The notes: generated by a model from the sequence alone, not told the origin. Positions 10,791 through 25,404 are shown, counted from the first letter of the stretch. The stretch: DNA of 64,000 bases from Hypanus sabinus (GCF_030144855.1 NC_082728.1:33170001-33234000); one strand, 5' to 3'. Program-made: numbers and translations.

Positions 10791-11644
10791 GCTATTTCCT
10801 CTGGTTCCATACACACTTTCCCACTTAATTTTTGTATTTGCACGGTTTGTTGTATTCTGCACATCAGTTAACTCTCAGTTGGTGCTGTCTTTCATTGATT
10901 CTATTATGGTTATTATTCTATTATGGAGTTATTGAGAATGCCCTCAAAATGCAAGTCAGGGTAGTATGGGGACATATTTGTGGATAATCAGATTCCTCCG
11001 AACATCAACAGCTTTCCATTTTCCTCAATTTACAAAATGTTTCGCTTTCAACTTCTTGTTCTACCTGTGGATGCCACCCCACCGTTAATTTCTACCTCGC
11101 ATTCCTCTTGTCCTTTCATTCCCAGTTCAGTGAGCACGTTTCTCCTTGAAGTTCCTATGCCTTTCTTATTGTTCACACACAAACAATTTGGTGAAATTAG
11201 ATAAGCGGCGTGAGAGAGGAGTCCCTTTAAATCACACACCCAGACTGAAAGTACACACAGCAGCCGGGATCTTGCCTGAAAAGGAAAGCTCCGCAGAGTA
11301 GCGATAAAGAATAGAAAGAAAGCGTCACTTTTCTGTTGCTCTCCCCGTTCCCCTGAGCGCTGGGTCACCTGGAGAGGGGTCCCAAAAGCTGACGAAAGGG
11401 CTGATTTCAGAGAGGGCACCAAACGCCATTAGGTGTATTGCAGCTGCTACGCGCTTCATTTAAGTTTGTTATGAATCCTGTCCCAAGTCCAACAAGTTAG
11501 TCTCGATCTGACACGTTGACAATTCCTTTCCCTCCGAACCGACCCCTGAAGTTCCTCCAGCAGTTCGCTTGTTGCTTAAGCGCCCAGCATTAACCCTTTC
11601 TTGTGCCTGAAACAAGTAGTTTGTTTTGTCGAAGCGTTGGCAGA

Positions 11645-12408
11645 GTATTGTCTGAACGGTGTAGAGTTAGGTAAGGGAGAAATGCAAAGAGACCTAGCAG
11701 TCCTAGTTCATCAGTCAATGAAGGTGAATGAGCAAGTGCAACAGGCAATGAAGAGGGCAAATGGAATGTTGGCCTTTATTACAAGGGGAATTGAGTACAA
11801 GAGCAAGGATGTCCTTTTGCATTTGTACAGGGCCCTGGTGAGACCACACCTGGAATATTGTGTACAGTTTTGGTCTCCAGGTTTGAGGAAGGACATTCTG
11901 GCAATTGAGGAAGTGCAGCGTAGATTCACTAGGTTGATTCCTGGGATGGCAGGGCTGTCTTACGCAGAGAGATTGGAGAGATTGGGCTTGTACACACTGG
12001 AATTGAGGAGATTGAGAGGGGATCTGATTGAAACGTTTAAGATAATTAAAGGATTTGATAGGATTGAGGCAGGAAATATGTTCCAGATTGTGGGAGAGTC
12101 CAGTACCAGAGGGCATGGAATGAGAATAAGAGGTCAGTTATTTAAAACAGAGTTGAGGAAGAACTTCTTCTCCCAGAGAGTTGTGGAGGTGTGGAATGCA
12201 CTGCCTCGGAAGACGGTGGAGGCCAATTCTCTGGATGCTTTCAAGAAGGAGCTAGATAGATATCTGATGGATAGGGGAATCAAGGGATATGGGGACAAGG
12301 CAGGGACTGGGTATTGATAGTGAATGATCAGCCATGATCCCAGAATGGCGGTGCAGACTCGAGGGGCCGAATGGTCTACTTCTGCACCTATTGTCTATTG
12401 TCTATTGT
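11645..12408 (+). mobile_element. CR1-clade LINE 3' fragment with (CTATTGT)n tail
   Basis: ORF 11601-12317 LVRPHLEYCVQFWSP...RTRGH-like; tail ctattgtctattgtctattg. Confidence 0.93.
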
Positions 12409-12729
12409 TGCCGAGAGAGAAATAACCACTGACCGTCAACAAGGAGGTGGTTTGTCCCGTAGTCCTGCAGACTTCACGCTGTTAATGCTCGTAGACAATA
12501 TCCATTCTGACTGATGCCGATGGGACTTCATATTCCCATTAAAACCAGGGTAGGGGAGACCACTTCAACTTTTCTGCACCACTGGCGTCCTGGTAGTTTC
12601 TCTCTCACTCCAGAGAATCGGGAACTGTTTTTAATTATAAATTCTTGCAAAGGAAAACAAATCATTCTTGGCGCAATCTGTATCCTTCAATTATTGCATT
12701 CATGGCAGGGTTCCACAATTTAGCAAGAA

Positions 12730-14283
12730 AATATTGTCTTTTAACGTGGGTGTGGTTGAGTGGTGGGGTAAATGGCTATATAACATGTGACGCCAGTCTG
12801 TATCACCTTATTTCCTCAGAGTATTGATAATTAACTGGGGATTTAATAGAAGTATTTAAAATGAGGAAAGCCATTGACAGCGTAGTCTGAAATAAATTTA
12901 TTTGGTGGGAATTTTTGAAACACGAACTTTAAAGTAAAACATGGGCCAGAAAGCATTTCTCATTCAAGCATGGGGATAATGTAGAATTCTCCATCCAGAG
13001 AATTGCTGAAGCTAGTTTAGATGGCCATTTCAAAATTGACATTAATAGATTTTTTTTCAGACAAGTATCTAGAGTAATGAGACCAAAGTGAGTGAATGAA
13101 GTAAGGTTTCTTGTACCAATTGTACCAATTCCTCTATCTTGGGTAGGGAGACCAGAATTATACATAATATTTCAGTGGATTTCCTCAGGGCCCTTAGTAA
13201 TAGCAGTGAGATAGATGTATCCCTGAATTACAAAAAAACCACAGCTGCGCCTCTACTTCCTGAGGAGTTTTGTGAAGATTCAGCATGACATCCAAGACTT
13301 TGTCAAACATTGATAGACGTGTGGTCGATGGTATCTGAACTGGCTGCAGCACAGCCTATACGGAACATCAATGCCTTTGAATGGAAAATCCTATGAAGAA
13401 TGATGGATATAGCCCAGTACATCATGGGTAAGGCACTCCCAACCACTGAGCACATCTACATGGAGCATTGTTGCAGGAAACTCGCATCCATCATCAGGGA
13501 TCCCCATCACCCGGGTTATGCACCCTTCTCACTGCTGCCATCAGGAAGGAGGCACAGGAGCCTTAGGACTCACAGCAGCAAGTTCAGGAACAGTTATTAC
13601 CATTGTTGTATCAAGCTCGTGACCCAAAGAGGATACCTTAACTCAACTTCACTTGGTCCATCATTGAAATCTTCCCACAACCTATGGTCTCACTTTCAGG
13701 GACTCTTCATCTCAAGTTCTTGATATTTTTTGCTTATTTATATATTATTTTAAATTATTTAGAAACATAGAAAGCCTACAGCACAATACAGGCCCTTTGG
13801 CCCACAAAGTTTTGCCGAACATGTCCCTAGCTTAGAAATTACTCGGCTTACCTATAGCCCTGTATTTTACTCAGCTCCATGTACTTATCTAAAAGTCTCT
13901 TAAAGGACCATATCGTATCCATTTCCACCACCGTTGCCGACAGCCCATTCCACTCACTCACCATTCTCTGAGTAAAAAACTTACCCCTGACATCTGCACT
14001 GTACCTACTCCCCAGCACCTTAAACCTGTGTCCTCTTGTGGCAACCATTTCAGCCCTGGGAAAAAGCCTCTGACTATTCACACGATCAATGCCTCTCATC
14101 ATCTTGTACAGCTCTATCAGGTCACCTCTCATCCTCCGTCGCTCCAAGTAGAAAAGGCCGAGTTCACTCGAACTTTTCTCATAAGGCATGCTCCCTAATC
14201 CAGGCAACATCCTTGTATGTCTCCGTTGTACCCTTTCTATGGCTTCCACATCCTTCCTGTAGTGAGGCAACCAGAACTGACCA
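12730..14283 (+). repeat. Local duplication, copy 2
   Basis: Matches 8270-9620, with about 250 bp extra at 12860-13115 and the CR1 truncated at about 14283. Confidence 0.9.
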
Positions 14284-14639
14284 GAATCCAGGTTATTGTA
14301 ATAGTATTAAATGAGAATAATTTCAATGAAGTATACCTACTTCTAACTTATTAAATATGAAGTAATCTAATCAAACACAAAGTTCTCAGCAGCCTATTAA
14401 TCACATTGCATTAGGGCTCAGCAATCACTTATTGGGTTGGGGAGCTTGGGTAACCCCCGCTACGCCAGCTACTTCACACAGTGCAGACCAGCACAGCTCA
14501 GCTGTCCTGACGTCTGTAGTTAAACAGGAGAAAGATGTGTCTCTGCTCTCAGAAATAGCACAGTATTCCTTTCACATGAGCTGCTCAGACAGATGGTATG
14601 ACCGAATCATTGGGACTTTATTATAGAACACTCAACAGT

Positions 14640-16224
14640 CAGCGGGATTTTGAGGAATGAGTTTGTAGAGATGTCGCAGATAGTTGCAAATAACAAGGTT
14701 GTGATAATAGGTCATTTATACTTTCCACATATTTAATCGGTACATCGAAGTCCCAACTGTGCGTTACTACATCACCTATTAGCGAGTGAGCAGTGCAGGT
14801 GACAGAAGTTTGTAGAGAGAAACACTTTGTATCTAGTGTTCCTAATGACATCAGTTTCAAGGTAATTAATGGAAAAGGATTGGTCTGGTCCTTGGGTTGA
14901 GATTACAAACTGGAGAACGGCCAATGTAGATGGTATCAGAACGAATCCGGCAAGTGTGGATAGGGACAGGCTGTTTTCTGACAAATTGTATACTTGGTAA
15001 GTGAGTGGCCTTCAAAAGTGAAATTTTGAGAGGAGAGTTTGTATGTTCCTGTCAGAATAAAAGGCAAGGATAACAGTTTTAGGGAACCTTGATTTTCTTG
15101 AGATATTGAGCCCCAGGTAAAGATAAACAAGGAGGTGCATAACAGACATAGGCAGGCAGGAACAAGGGAGATACTTGAGGAGTATAAGAAATGCAAAAGA
15201 ACACTTAAGAAGGAAATTGGAGGGTGATAAAGGACATGAGATTGCTCTAGCATACAAAGTGAAGGAGAATCCTGAGGGTGTCTATAGATATATTAAGGGC
15301 AAAAGGATTGCAAGGAACAACATTGGACTTCTGGAAGGTCAGAGTGGTAATCTATGTATGGAGCTGAAAGAGATGGGGGAGATTGTAAATGGGGTTTTTG
15401 AATCTGTATTTACTCAGGAGAGGGACACAAGGTCTATATATGTTCATCAATGCAGCTGTGAGGCTATGCACTCTATACAGGTAACAGAGGAGGAGGTGTC
15501 GTGAGGCAAATTTAGGTGGATGAATCCCCAGGGCCTGACAAGGGAGGCCAGTGCAGAAAATGCAAGGGCCCTAGCAGAGATATTTTAACATCCTTAGTCA
15601 CAGTTGAGGTGCTGGAGGATTGGATAATAGCTAATGTTCTCTCTGTTGTTTAAGAAAATCTCTAAGAATAAGATAGGGAATTGGAAGCCAGCGAACCTGA
15701 CGTCAGTTGTAGGAAAGTTATTGGAAGGTATTCTGAGGGATACCCTCAGTATGACTATTTGGATCGACAAGGACCGATTAGGGGTAGTCAGCATGGCTTT
15801 GTGCATGGCAGGTCATGACTAACCAATCTTACTTAAAGAGTTTTTTGAGGAAGTTACCAGGAAAGTTGTTGAAGGCAAAGCAGTGGATGTTGGACTTTAG
15901 CAAAACCTTCGACAAGGTCCTACATGGGAGGTTGGTCAAGAAGGTTGAATCACTTGCCGTTCAAGATGAGGCAGTAAATTGGATTCGACATTGTCTTCGG
16001 AGGAGAAGTCAGAGAGTGCTGGTAGATGGTTGCCTCTCCGACTCGAGGCCTGTGACCAGTGGACTGCCACTGGGACTGGTGCTGGGTCCATTGTTGTTTG
16101 TCATCTCTATCAATGAACTGAATGATAACGTGGCAAATTGGATCATAAAATTTGTGATGACACCAAAGTTGCAGGTGTATTGGGGAGCAAGGAATTCTAT
16201 TAAAGCTTGGAATGGGACCAGGAC
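14640..16224 (+). mobile_element. Decayed CR1 ORF2 fragment, cut by LTR element
   Basis: LFKK...NWKPANLTSVVGKLLEGILRD, DFSKTFDKVLHGRL, LVLGPLLFVISIN. Confidence 0.85.
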
Positions 16225-18960
16225 TGTTACGAATGTGAAGCAACTCTGAGGTGCCGAAGGGTACAAAGTCGCCCCCTCCTTTTTGAGAATCGCAAGTTCG
16301 CTATTAATTCAGGTCTGGGACCCAGCAAATGAGAGAGCGACATGCAGAATACACAAGGTTTGGAATGTGTCCTGGCCTCAGCGGACCAGAACCACTGATA
16401 ACAGCCATTGTCTCTTGGAGAAGGAATTGTGTAATGAGTACTGTACTATTCATTGAAGCCCCTCAGGGGACAACCAGAGTGGTCTGGTCGAGAGATTGCA
16501 TCATCCCAACCTGATTGACATCTGAGTAAGGATAAAAGAGGGGTCTGGGGAACAACCCCTTTAGACGCACCAGGAGAAACGCTAGAAATCTCGTGACAGC
16601 GTTTGATAGCGAAAGCCGGTGGGGGCTCGTGCACGTCCTCCCTTGCCTGGGTGGTGGGCTTACCACGGAAGAACGGTTTAGCTAAAGGAGAGGTCACAAT
16701 TGAACGGCCACGACAAAGAGACCCCTGACGGATCGAAATCATAAAGGTTGGAAAAACCCATAGCAGTAACTCTTCCCATTCTATTCCTATTTCTCTCTCT
16801 CTCCAACAAAGTGCAACACAGTGACAACCAAAGGATGGCAGCCTGCATGAACAGAGTGAACTTTATATTTCCATCGGACAATACATTATCCCCTAGACAA
16901 TGATAGAGCTTAATTCTATTATTATTATACCCGCACTTTTAGATTTAGTATTGACAACGTATATTATCTGTATATTTGCATTGATATTATTTTTGTGTAT
17001 TTTTACTAATAAATACTGTTAAAAATAGTATCATCAGACGTCTTTATCTTTGCTGGTAATTGACCCAGTTACGGGGGTCGTAATAACGTGGGCCCTTGTC
17101 GCGAGATTTGATACCAAATTGGAGGGCCAGTAAATCGGGCTTTTAAGTCCATACTTGGATCTGGTTGCGCGGGTAACCAGACGGGAAACCAGCAAAGATG
17201 GACATAGATGAATTCATAGAAAACCCGACTCCCGAGCCGCTAGAGGCTGCTACAAAGTTGGACTTGATAAATATTGCGAAAGGACTAAATCTCGCAGACG
17301 TGAGGTTGTCGATGAAAAAGCAGGAGGTGCGGTGGGCCATAACTCAGTATTATATTGTGAATAATGTGTTTTCGTCTGAGGTATTGGAAAGTATCCCTGA
17401 AAAGGTACAAGCTAGTGGGACGGCTCAGTTAGAGTTGGAGAAATTAAGGTTGGAACATGAAATTAAGTTAAAACAGCTGGAAGCAGCTGAAAAGGAGAAG
17501 GAAAGAGCTGAAAAGCAGAGGGAGTATGAGGAGAAGGAGAAACAGAGGCAACATGAGCTGGACATGGAGAAGTTAAGGCAAGAGCGAAGAGCTCAAGGGC
17601 CAGACCGAGAGGAGAGATTTAATGTCAGTAGCGAGTTTAGGTTAGTACCTCTGTTTGAGGAGATGGATGTTGATAGTTATTTCTTGCATTTTGAAAAGGT
17701 GGCTGTGAGTCAGAAGTGGCCAGAGATCAGTGGGTGACGTTGTTACAAAGTGTGTTAAAAAGGAAGGCACAACGGGCATATGTGGCGTTGTCCATGGAGG
17801 AGGAGGAGTCTGAGAATTATGAGAAAGTAAAGGAGGCCATTCTTTGGACCTACAAATTGGTACCTGAAGCGTAGAGACAAAAGTTTGTAAATTTAAGGAA
17901 AGGGTGGAATCAGACGTATGCAGAGTTTGCCTACAAGAAGAGTGTGCTCTTGGATCGTTGGTGTGCAGCAGAAATGGTGGAAGAGGATTTTCAGCATCTC
18001 AGGGAGTTAATTCTGATTGAGGAATTTAAAGGTTGTGTTTCGGATGATATCTGGATGTATTTGAACGAGAAGCCGAATAAGTCCATATCCGAATTTGCTA
18101 GGTTCACTGATGAATATGCCCTAACCCACAAGACAAAGTTATCCTTGAATAAGAGTTAACAGAAAGACCTTGGGAGAAAGTCTGCCGGATGAGGCAGAGA
18201 TCCAGCTGGGAGCCAGTGGTAAAAATCAGGAGGAGGGAAGGGAAGACGGCAGGAGGGGTCCTGGCTTGACCTGTTTTAATTGTGGTAAGGTGGGTCATAT
18301 TGCATCTAAGTGCCTTGTTCTGAGGAAGGAGACAGGAAAAGGGAAAGCAGCAGTCCATACAGGATGTATTGTGGTGATCAGTAAATCAACGAGAAAGCCC
18401 CGGGTAGACAGAATATGAGAGGGGCCTGAGAAATTTATTTCAGGAGGAACCGTGTCTGTGAAACTGGAGACACACCAGTTCCAGTGCAGATCTGGAGAGA
18501 TACTGGAGCTGATCAGTCATTGACTCGCAGCAAGGTACTAGATTTTAGTTCTGAGACTGAAGAGGTGGCTTTGAGAGGAAAAGGGACAGAAGCTGTGCCT
18601 CTGCATAGGATCATTATAAATTGTGAGCTGGTATCTGGACCAGTTGAAATAGGGGTGCGATCAGAATTTCCGAGAACTGACGTAGACATCCTTCTGGGTA
18701 ACGATTTAGCTGGTGGTGAAGTTTGGTCGGCTATGGAGCTGACAAGCCAGCCTGTAAGTGTTGAGGACCCGCCCCCAGATTCCAAGATCTATCCCGCATG
18801 TGCGACCACTCGCAGCATGTCGAGAAAGGCCGCTGAGAAAGGGAGCAGTTTAATTCAGGCCGGTACCGATTTGGCTGAGACGTTTTTACCGACCCTGTAC
18901 CAAGAGGGGTTAGAGGGTGGTAAAACAGAGAATAGGGAGGTCTCCCCCAGTCGAAAGACG
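16225..18960 (+). mobile_element. Gmr1-like Gypsy element family 2, 5' part (LTR-PBS-gag-PR), 3'-truncated
   Basis: LTR 16225-17085 (TGTTACG...CGTAATA), degenerate PBS TGGGCCCTTGTCGCGAGATT, gag with LRELILIEEFK, CFNCGKVGHIASKC, IWRDTGADQSL, DILLGNDLAGG. Confidence 0.9.
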
Positions 18961-19439
18961 TACCCGTTAGTAGGTTGACTTGTTATTGTAAATTGTTCTG
19001 TGATGAAGCTAGTGTTAAATAGGAGAGTTGCTGAACAGTTTGGCTTGTTGGGCCAGAAGGGTCTGTTCCGTGCAGTATCTCTAAATAAGATAAAAACATA
19101 GGCACAACATCGTGGGCTGAAGGGCCAGTATTGTTCGCTGTTCTATAATGTGATTGAGAGTGAAGTACAAGAGATACTGATGGGTGGTGATGAAAACTTG
19201 CCTCAGGATCAAAGATATGTTTACTGCTTTGTTCATCGTCAGAGAATGACACAAAAAAAATCCATCCCCTCCCTTTTACTTCTTTTCCTCACTACGTGTC
19301 CAGTTCTCAGAGGTTTCAGTTGAAATGGAGCATCACAACTAACTTTTAAAATAGTTCAAGTTTCAAAATATATTTATTATCAAATTATTTTATGTCACCA
19401 TATACTACCTTGAAATTAATATTCTTGAAGGCATTCACT

Positions 19440-19890
19440 TTAAAACAAAAACTGCTGTATAACCGAATCATTGAAAAACTACTCATAAAGATTTACAAAC
19501 AAAGAATGTACAAAAGAAGACAAATGGCAAAAATAAAAAAAATTATAGTGAATAAATAATACTGAGAACAGGAATTGGAGAGTTCTTGAAAGTGCGCCCA
19601 TAGGTTGAGAGAAGTCATCCACACAGATTCAGGAGCCTGATGGTTGTAGGGTAATCCCTATTCCTGAACCTGCTGCTGCTGGACCTATAGCTCTTGTACC
19701 ACCTTCCCACTGTCAACATAAAGAAGTGAGCATAGGCTGGACGGTGCAGATGATTAATGAAGGCTGCGGTCTTTTTGTGGCAGTGCTACTTGTTGATGAG
19801 CTCTGATGGCGAATGATGGATGCCACCTTCTTAAATAACCACCTTTTGAAGATGTCCTCAATAGCTGGGAGGGTTGCGCCTCTATCTGGA
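19440..19890 (-). mobile_element. Rex1-like LINE 3' fragment
   Basis: Minus-strand TLPAIEDIFKRWLFKKVASII plus Rex1-like tail. Confidence 0.7.
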
Positions 19891-21835
19891 AATTTATTCA
19901 AGAGTGAACAGTGTACATGAACAGTTTCTGTGGTGCCACAGAGAACAAGTGGCAGCTGTGAAAAGAGAGAATGAACAGCCAAAATACCTAACCACAAACC
20001 ACAGCCACCATTTATTTTTGCCCACATTGCTCCAGAATAAGTGGTTCCTTTATCAGCCTCTACAGCCATCTGAGGACCCAACAATAGGCAACCCCTTAGA
20101 GAACATCATATTCAACTCAAGTGATTGCAGCACTACTATGGATATTGATGACAATAAAATCAACTTCGACTTGACTTTAGTGTAGGTAACAGGAGACAAA
20201 TGATTGGAAATAAATTAGATTTGGACCCTCTTTATCCATAGATCTAAAACAAATAGAGAATGTAGTTTTTGATGGGAATAAATGCAGAACTTATTGCTAA
20301 AATCTTTACCAGGATGACTACTGTTTGTCCTGTTTAGTTGTTATAAATTCTCTGTCTTATCTGTCTTTAGCGTTTGTAGATTTACTTTCAGATCAGTTTC
20401 ATTCAACAATATCGACCATTCCTTTGTGAACATGTATATGCTTAACATACTATTGCTAAGTAAGTCTAGGAGCTTAGCTTATGGAAATTTCATCATTCTA
20501 TCCAAAGATCTGTTTCTCTTTTACATTCCTCTAATAAATTTATGTAATGCTGGTTACAAAATATTTTTATCGTTCTCTGAGTGGGTATGAATATCAAAAT
20601 GAATTTACTGATAATCACTTATATTGATCATAAATACAGATTGCAAGTACAAATTCAGCTTTGCCACATGGGGAATAAAAGTGCTTATCAAAAAGGCATA
20701 AACATTTTGGAGCTTTACTTCACTTCATGGAATAACAGAACTTCAGACAAAATATGTTAATTTCTTTGAAATCCACAAATGTTAGGAACATTATTATTTT
20801 ACAATAGTCAATGCATACATATAAAAACTATCACAACTGATATGAACAGATTAAATAACATGAAATCCAGTTTTGTTTTCATGACACTTTGGACCAGATT
20901 GTTCATGGCCTTGCATCATATTGAATTCTGCATGTTGCAGATCAAATATTAACTGCATCATTACCTTCACCTCCTTTGCCATGCCTGCTTCTGGTCTACT
21001 TAAACCACACATTGAAATTTCCACCTTTATTACTTTTACATTGTGTTTCTTGGTGGATATCCCTAATGCCACCCAACAGGCAAACGTCTTTATCTCAAAT
21101 CCTGCCAACATATTTTAAAATCTCTACTCAGTCTGGACTTACTTAAATTCTATAAATCCTTCAGTACAATTGACCTTTTAAGATTCTCCAACTCCAAATT
21201 CTCGCACACTCCACTTTTAATTGTCTCAGTAGTTCTTGAATTCCCTCCTTTAACTAATCTTTCCTTTTTTGTCTTCTGGAACAGTCTGTTGCAAATCTGA
21301 ATATTTGCAGAAAATTTTAGTCTGCTGCTGTAAAATGTTTTTGTATGTAAGGGTGTTAATTTTTGTTTACTAACATTGTTATGGGGGAAGTTAGAGTCAC
21401 TTAAATATGTTAAAAGATGAATATAGTTAAAAGTAACACAGACAAATGCAGCATCTATGGAGGGAAATAAACTGTTGATGTTTCAATTCAAAAGACACTT
21501 TTTCAGGAGTCCTGATGAATGGTCTTTGCACAAAACGTTGATTTTTTTATGCATATTATGCATGTTGCTCAAAATTTCCACCATCTGCAGGATCTCTTGT
21601 GTCTATAATATACGGTGCATCATATTGAATGGTGGAGCAGGCTCGATGAGCCAGATGGCCTACTCTCGCTCCTGTTTCTTATGTTCCTATGTCCTTATGA
21701 CACAGTGGTCACTCCTGGACTATTTTAGGGACTCTGTGGTTTGATTTTTATTATTTTGTGTGCTCTTTGCCTGTTTTTTGCTGTTTGCGTGATTTGTTGT
21801 TGTTTCTTTGGAAGTTAAGAATAGGGCTTCATACT

Positions 21836-22820
21836 TAAGAACATAAGGAATAGGAGCAGGAGTAGGCCATCTAGTCCAATGAGCCATGATTCAATGGCTC
21901 CACTATTAAATCAGATCATGGCTGATCTGGCTGTGGACTCAGCTTTCCCCCATAACCATTAATTTTTCTGCGATGCAAACAGATAGAACTCTGTCTTAAG
22001 TATATTTAATAAGGTAATTTCTACTGCTTCCCTGAGCAGGGAATCCACAGAATCACAACTCTCAGGTAAAGCAGTTTTTCCTCATCTCTGTCCTAAATCT
22101 ATTCCCCTAAATCTTGAGCTTATGTCTCCTAGTTCTAGTCTCACTTACTTCTATCCTAACACTATCCATTTCATACCTACATGTTTCTATCAGGCCCTCT
22201 CTCATTCTTCTGAATTCCAGCAAATGTAGTCCCAAACAACTCAATTTCTCCACACTGGCTAACCCCTTTATCTCCGGAACAAAGCTTGTGAAACTTCTCT
22301 TCACCGGCTCCAAAGTCAGTACACCTTTCTTCATAGAAGGTCAGAACTGCACACAGTACTCCAAGTGCGGCCTCACCAGAACACTGTATGTTTGCAGCGT
22401 AAACTCACTGCTCTTAAATTTAGTCCCTCTGGCACTGAATGCCAACATTCCATTTGACTTCTTGAAACCTGTTGCTCCTGCAAACAAACCTTTTGTGATT
22501 CATTCACAAGCACACCCAAGTCCCTCTGCACAACAGAATTGGAAAAGCTTTTAGCATTTAAATAATAATCTAATTATATTCATGGATTCATAGAAAAGAA
22601 CACCTCAGAAACAGGCCCGTCAGCTCATCTAGTCCATGCTGAAACATTTAAACTGCCAATGCCCATTGACCGTCCAAACTCCTGATATTCCAGTTGAAAT
22701 TGAGCTGGCATGCACCACATCAAAAACCTCTGAGTGAAGAAGTTTCCCTTTATATTCCCCTTAAACTTTTCACCTTACACCCTTAACCCATGACCTCTGG
22801 GTGTAGTTGCACCTAATCTC
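21836..22820 (-). mobile_element. Two CR1 3' fragments
   Basis: CR1 C-terminal motifs (LEFRRMREGLIE, RTRRHKLKI) and tails. Confidence 0.8.
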
Positions 22821-22824
22821 AGTA

Positions 22825-24400
22825 GAAAACATTCCAGGAGTCTCCCGCATACCCACATATTGATAGCAGCACTGTTATGTACCTCTAGAGCTAATTTTTT
22901 CTGAGGTCTGTCACTTTGAAACGCTGAGGGAAAGACTGACTTTTGCACACTTGGATTTCTTCTGACTGCAGAGTTGCTTGGTTACTATGGTGGAGAGAGG
23001 TGGAGTAATTTGATGGACAATCAATGTCATGGTTTTTCTGCAGCTTGTTTACTTTTTACAAGGACAGTCACAGACACACACAGTTGGAGTCAAGATGGAT
23101 TCGGTCAATGAAAGACACCAGTTAGTCGGTTGCTGGTTTAAACTTTCAGTAGCTCAAAAAGGGATGAGTTGAGATCGATCCAGAGTATCGATAAATGACT
23201 CTCACAATTTTGTGTGAACTCGGGTGTGGTACCTCTTGTGTTGAAAGGATATTCGTTGAAGATCACTGTCGGTGATACTTTGTGAGTGGAGTGGAACAAC
23301 TGCGGCGATAAAACCTATGGCTGTTGTTATTCTGTATTGCTGTTGTGGAATCTGTGGAATATCGATGTAATTGCCTTCTCACAACACTAGCCTTTGGATT
23401 ACAAATATCTTGCATTAGTTAACCTGTGCACTTGAACTGAACCTTTCTTACACACCATCATAAGACTGTATCACTTACCACCTACGCTTGAAGAAGTTTG
23501 GGGATTTATATATCTACACCTATATATGCATAACACAATTAACTCTTGATTTACCCAGTTTAAGCTACTAAATGATGTAGTTACTAATAAAGTAGTGTTT
23601 TGTTAACACCAAAACCAGACTCCAGGTGTGTTCTGTAACTGCTGATACTTCTACAGGGTTACGTAAAAGTATAGATTACAGGCTCCCTGACACCCGTAAA
23701 TATTATACAATATCTTGGAAGTCAATTTTTTTGAGAGGGTGAGGGAGGGGGGAGGAGGAGCGAGAGCGAGAGGAAGCATCCTGATTGGTCTCTAAGTAGA
23801 CCCATCAGTTTCCTGTGGGTGGCCTTACAGTCGACCTCCCTCTCTCATTGCCCATCCGTTCAGTTTAGTGTCCTGCTGCGCCATGGCAGAGTGTTCCAAA
23901 AAAAGAAAATATTAAATGTACTTCACCCCAGACTGCAATAAAGTGTACCCCTGCTTAATCCGGGTCAAAAGTAATGTCAGTGTTGCTCGCTGCACTGTTT
24001 GCAACAGTGACTTTTCTATTGCCCATGGTGGGGTAAATGACTGTAAAAGACATGTTGAAGTGAGTTTAATGGGTGTCATACATTCATTAGCATAGCTAAC
24101 GTTATTTAAACTAGCTGGCTAGCTGCTGAGAAGTTGACGTCCTATATGATAAGGCTAAATTCCCTGGAGACTTGCTTAAAGTTGCAATAGAACAAGAAAA
24201 TGACTCCATGATAATATAATACAAATACATATTTTAATGTCACATTTTCTGCATATACCCAACCTGGTTTACAGATTAGACAAAATCACTAAACAAAGTA
24301 TTACAAACTCCCCTGGAGGTTGACTGGGGGTGGAGGGATATGGGGTTGTGGGGGGCTGGGGTGCTACCTCCCTGAGATCAGTTTTTGCAGGGTGGGATCT
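22825..24400 (+). mobile_element. Non-autonomous hAT-like DNA transposon remnant (N-terminal zinc finger exon), split by an LTR
   Basis: About 23883-24060 translates MAECSKKRKY*...VARCTVCNSDFSIAHGGVNDCKRHVE, a transposase-type C2H2 finger; ends not firmly defined. Confidence 0.6.
22873..23668 (+). mobile_element. Solo LTR (family 3)
   Basis: TGTTATGTAC...CGTAAAA ends; reverse-complement homology to 30503-31153. Confidence 0.7.
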
Positions 24401-25404
24401 CCCTTCAATCCTACATCCCAAGGAATAAAGTCTATCCTATTCAAGCAACACACATAAGATGCTGGAGGAAATCAGCATCTACGGAAAGAAGTACAGTTCA
24501 TGTTTTGGGCCGAGACCCTTCGGCAGAACACTAACCTTTTCTGACATATTCAACCTTTCCTTATACTCAGATCCTCCAGTCCCATCAACATCCTTGTGAA
24601 TATTTTGGAACTCTTTCAACCTTATTTACGTCTTTCCAGTAGGTAGGTGATCAAATCTGCACATGACACTCAAGGTTCAAATTCATCCTCTTGACAGAAG
24701 TCCACGAAACAAGGAAACCCCAGAGAACAACAGAAACATCGAAGCCCCCCTCTCTTCACACAAACAGCAGAAAAAGCACTGATCCCCTCACCCCTCCACC
24801 TGCGCAAGCAGAAATACCGACTCCCCCACCCCACCACCATGCGGGCAGCAGCAGAAGTAGCAAGGAGCCCATTGATCCAGAGTCCATCAGGCTACAGTTC
24901 ACAAAGCTGCAATTCGGTATCTCGGACAGGCTCTCTCTCTTCACCAAAGGAGCGAGAGGTCTCTCTTGCAACAAGAGCGGAGAAGCGCGACTTGCTGTTC
25001 CGGTGTCACTTTCTTCTGCGTCGTTACCAAGGCTTCCGTCTTATGGACCAACAGGCTGTGGCTCCATCGAGAGACAGAAAGAGACGGATCACTCTAGTAC
25101 AGGGGTTTCCTTCGACAGCAGCCAGCAATTAGCAAACACGGCACCTGCTGTCTCGGTGTCCCAGTCTTGCTGTTTCCATCTCCAATGATGCCTGGTCGGC
25201 AAAATCGGCGACCAGCTGGCTGCTCCCCGACTTCTGACCTCCCAGCCCCAAGGGCACACGTCTTCCAAGAGCTCGAGAGAGCGAAGATATCGGGAGGTAA
25301 TGAAGCTCTAGGACTAACAGTAGAGATAGCGGAGATATCGGGAGATAACGAAGCACTGGGACTCACGGTTCATCTGAAAACCCACTGCTTCTGAAGAACT
25401 AGAC

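Noticed and set aside
19874-21118. Possible exons of a third gene (acceptor-like sites near 19955 and 21100 on minus strand)
   Set aside because: No recognisable protein similarity or consistent exon chain
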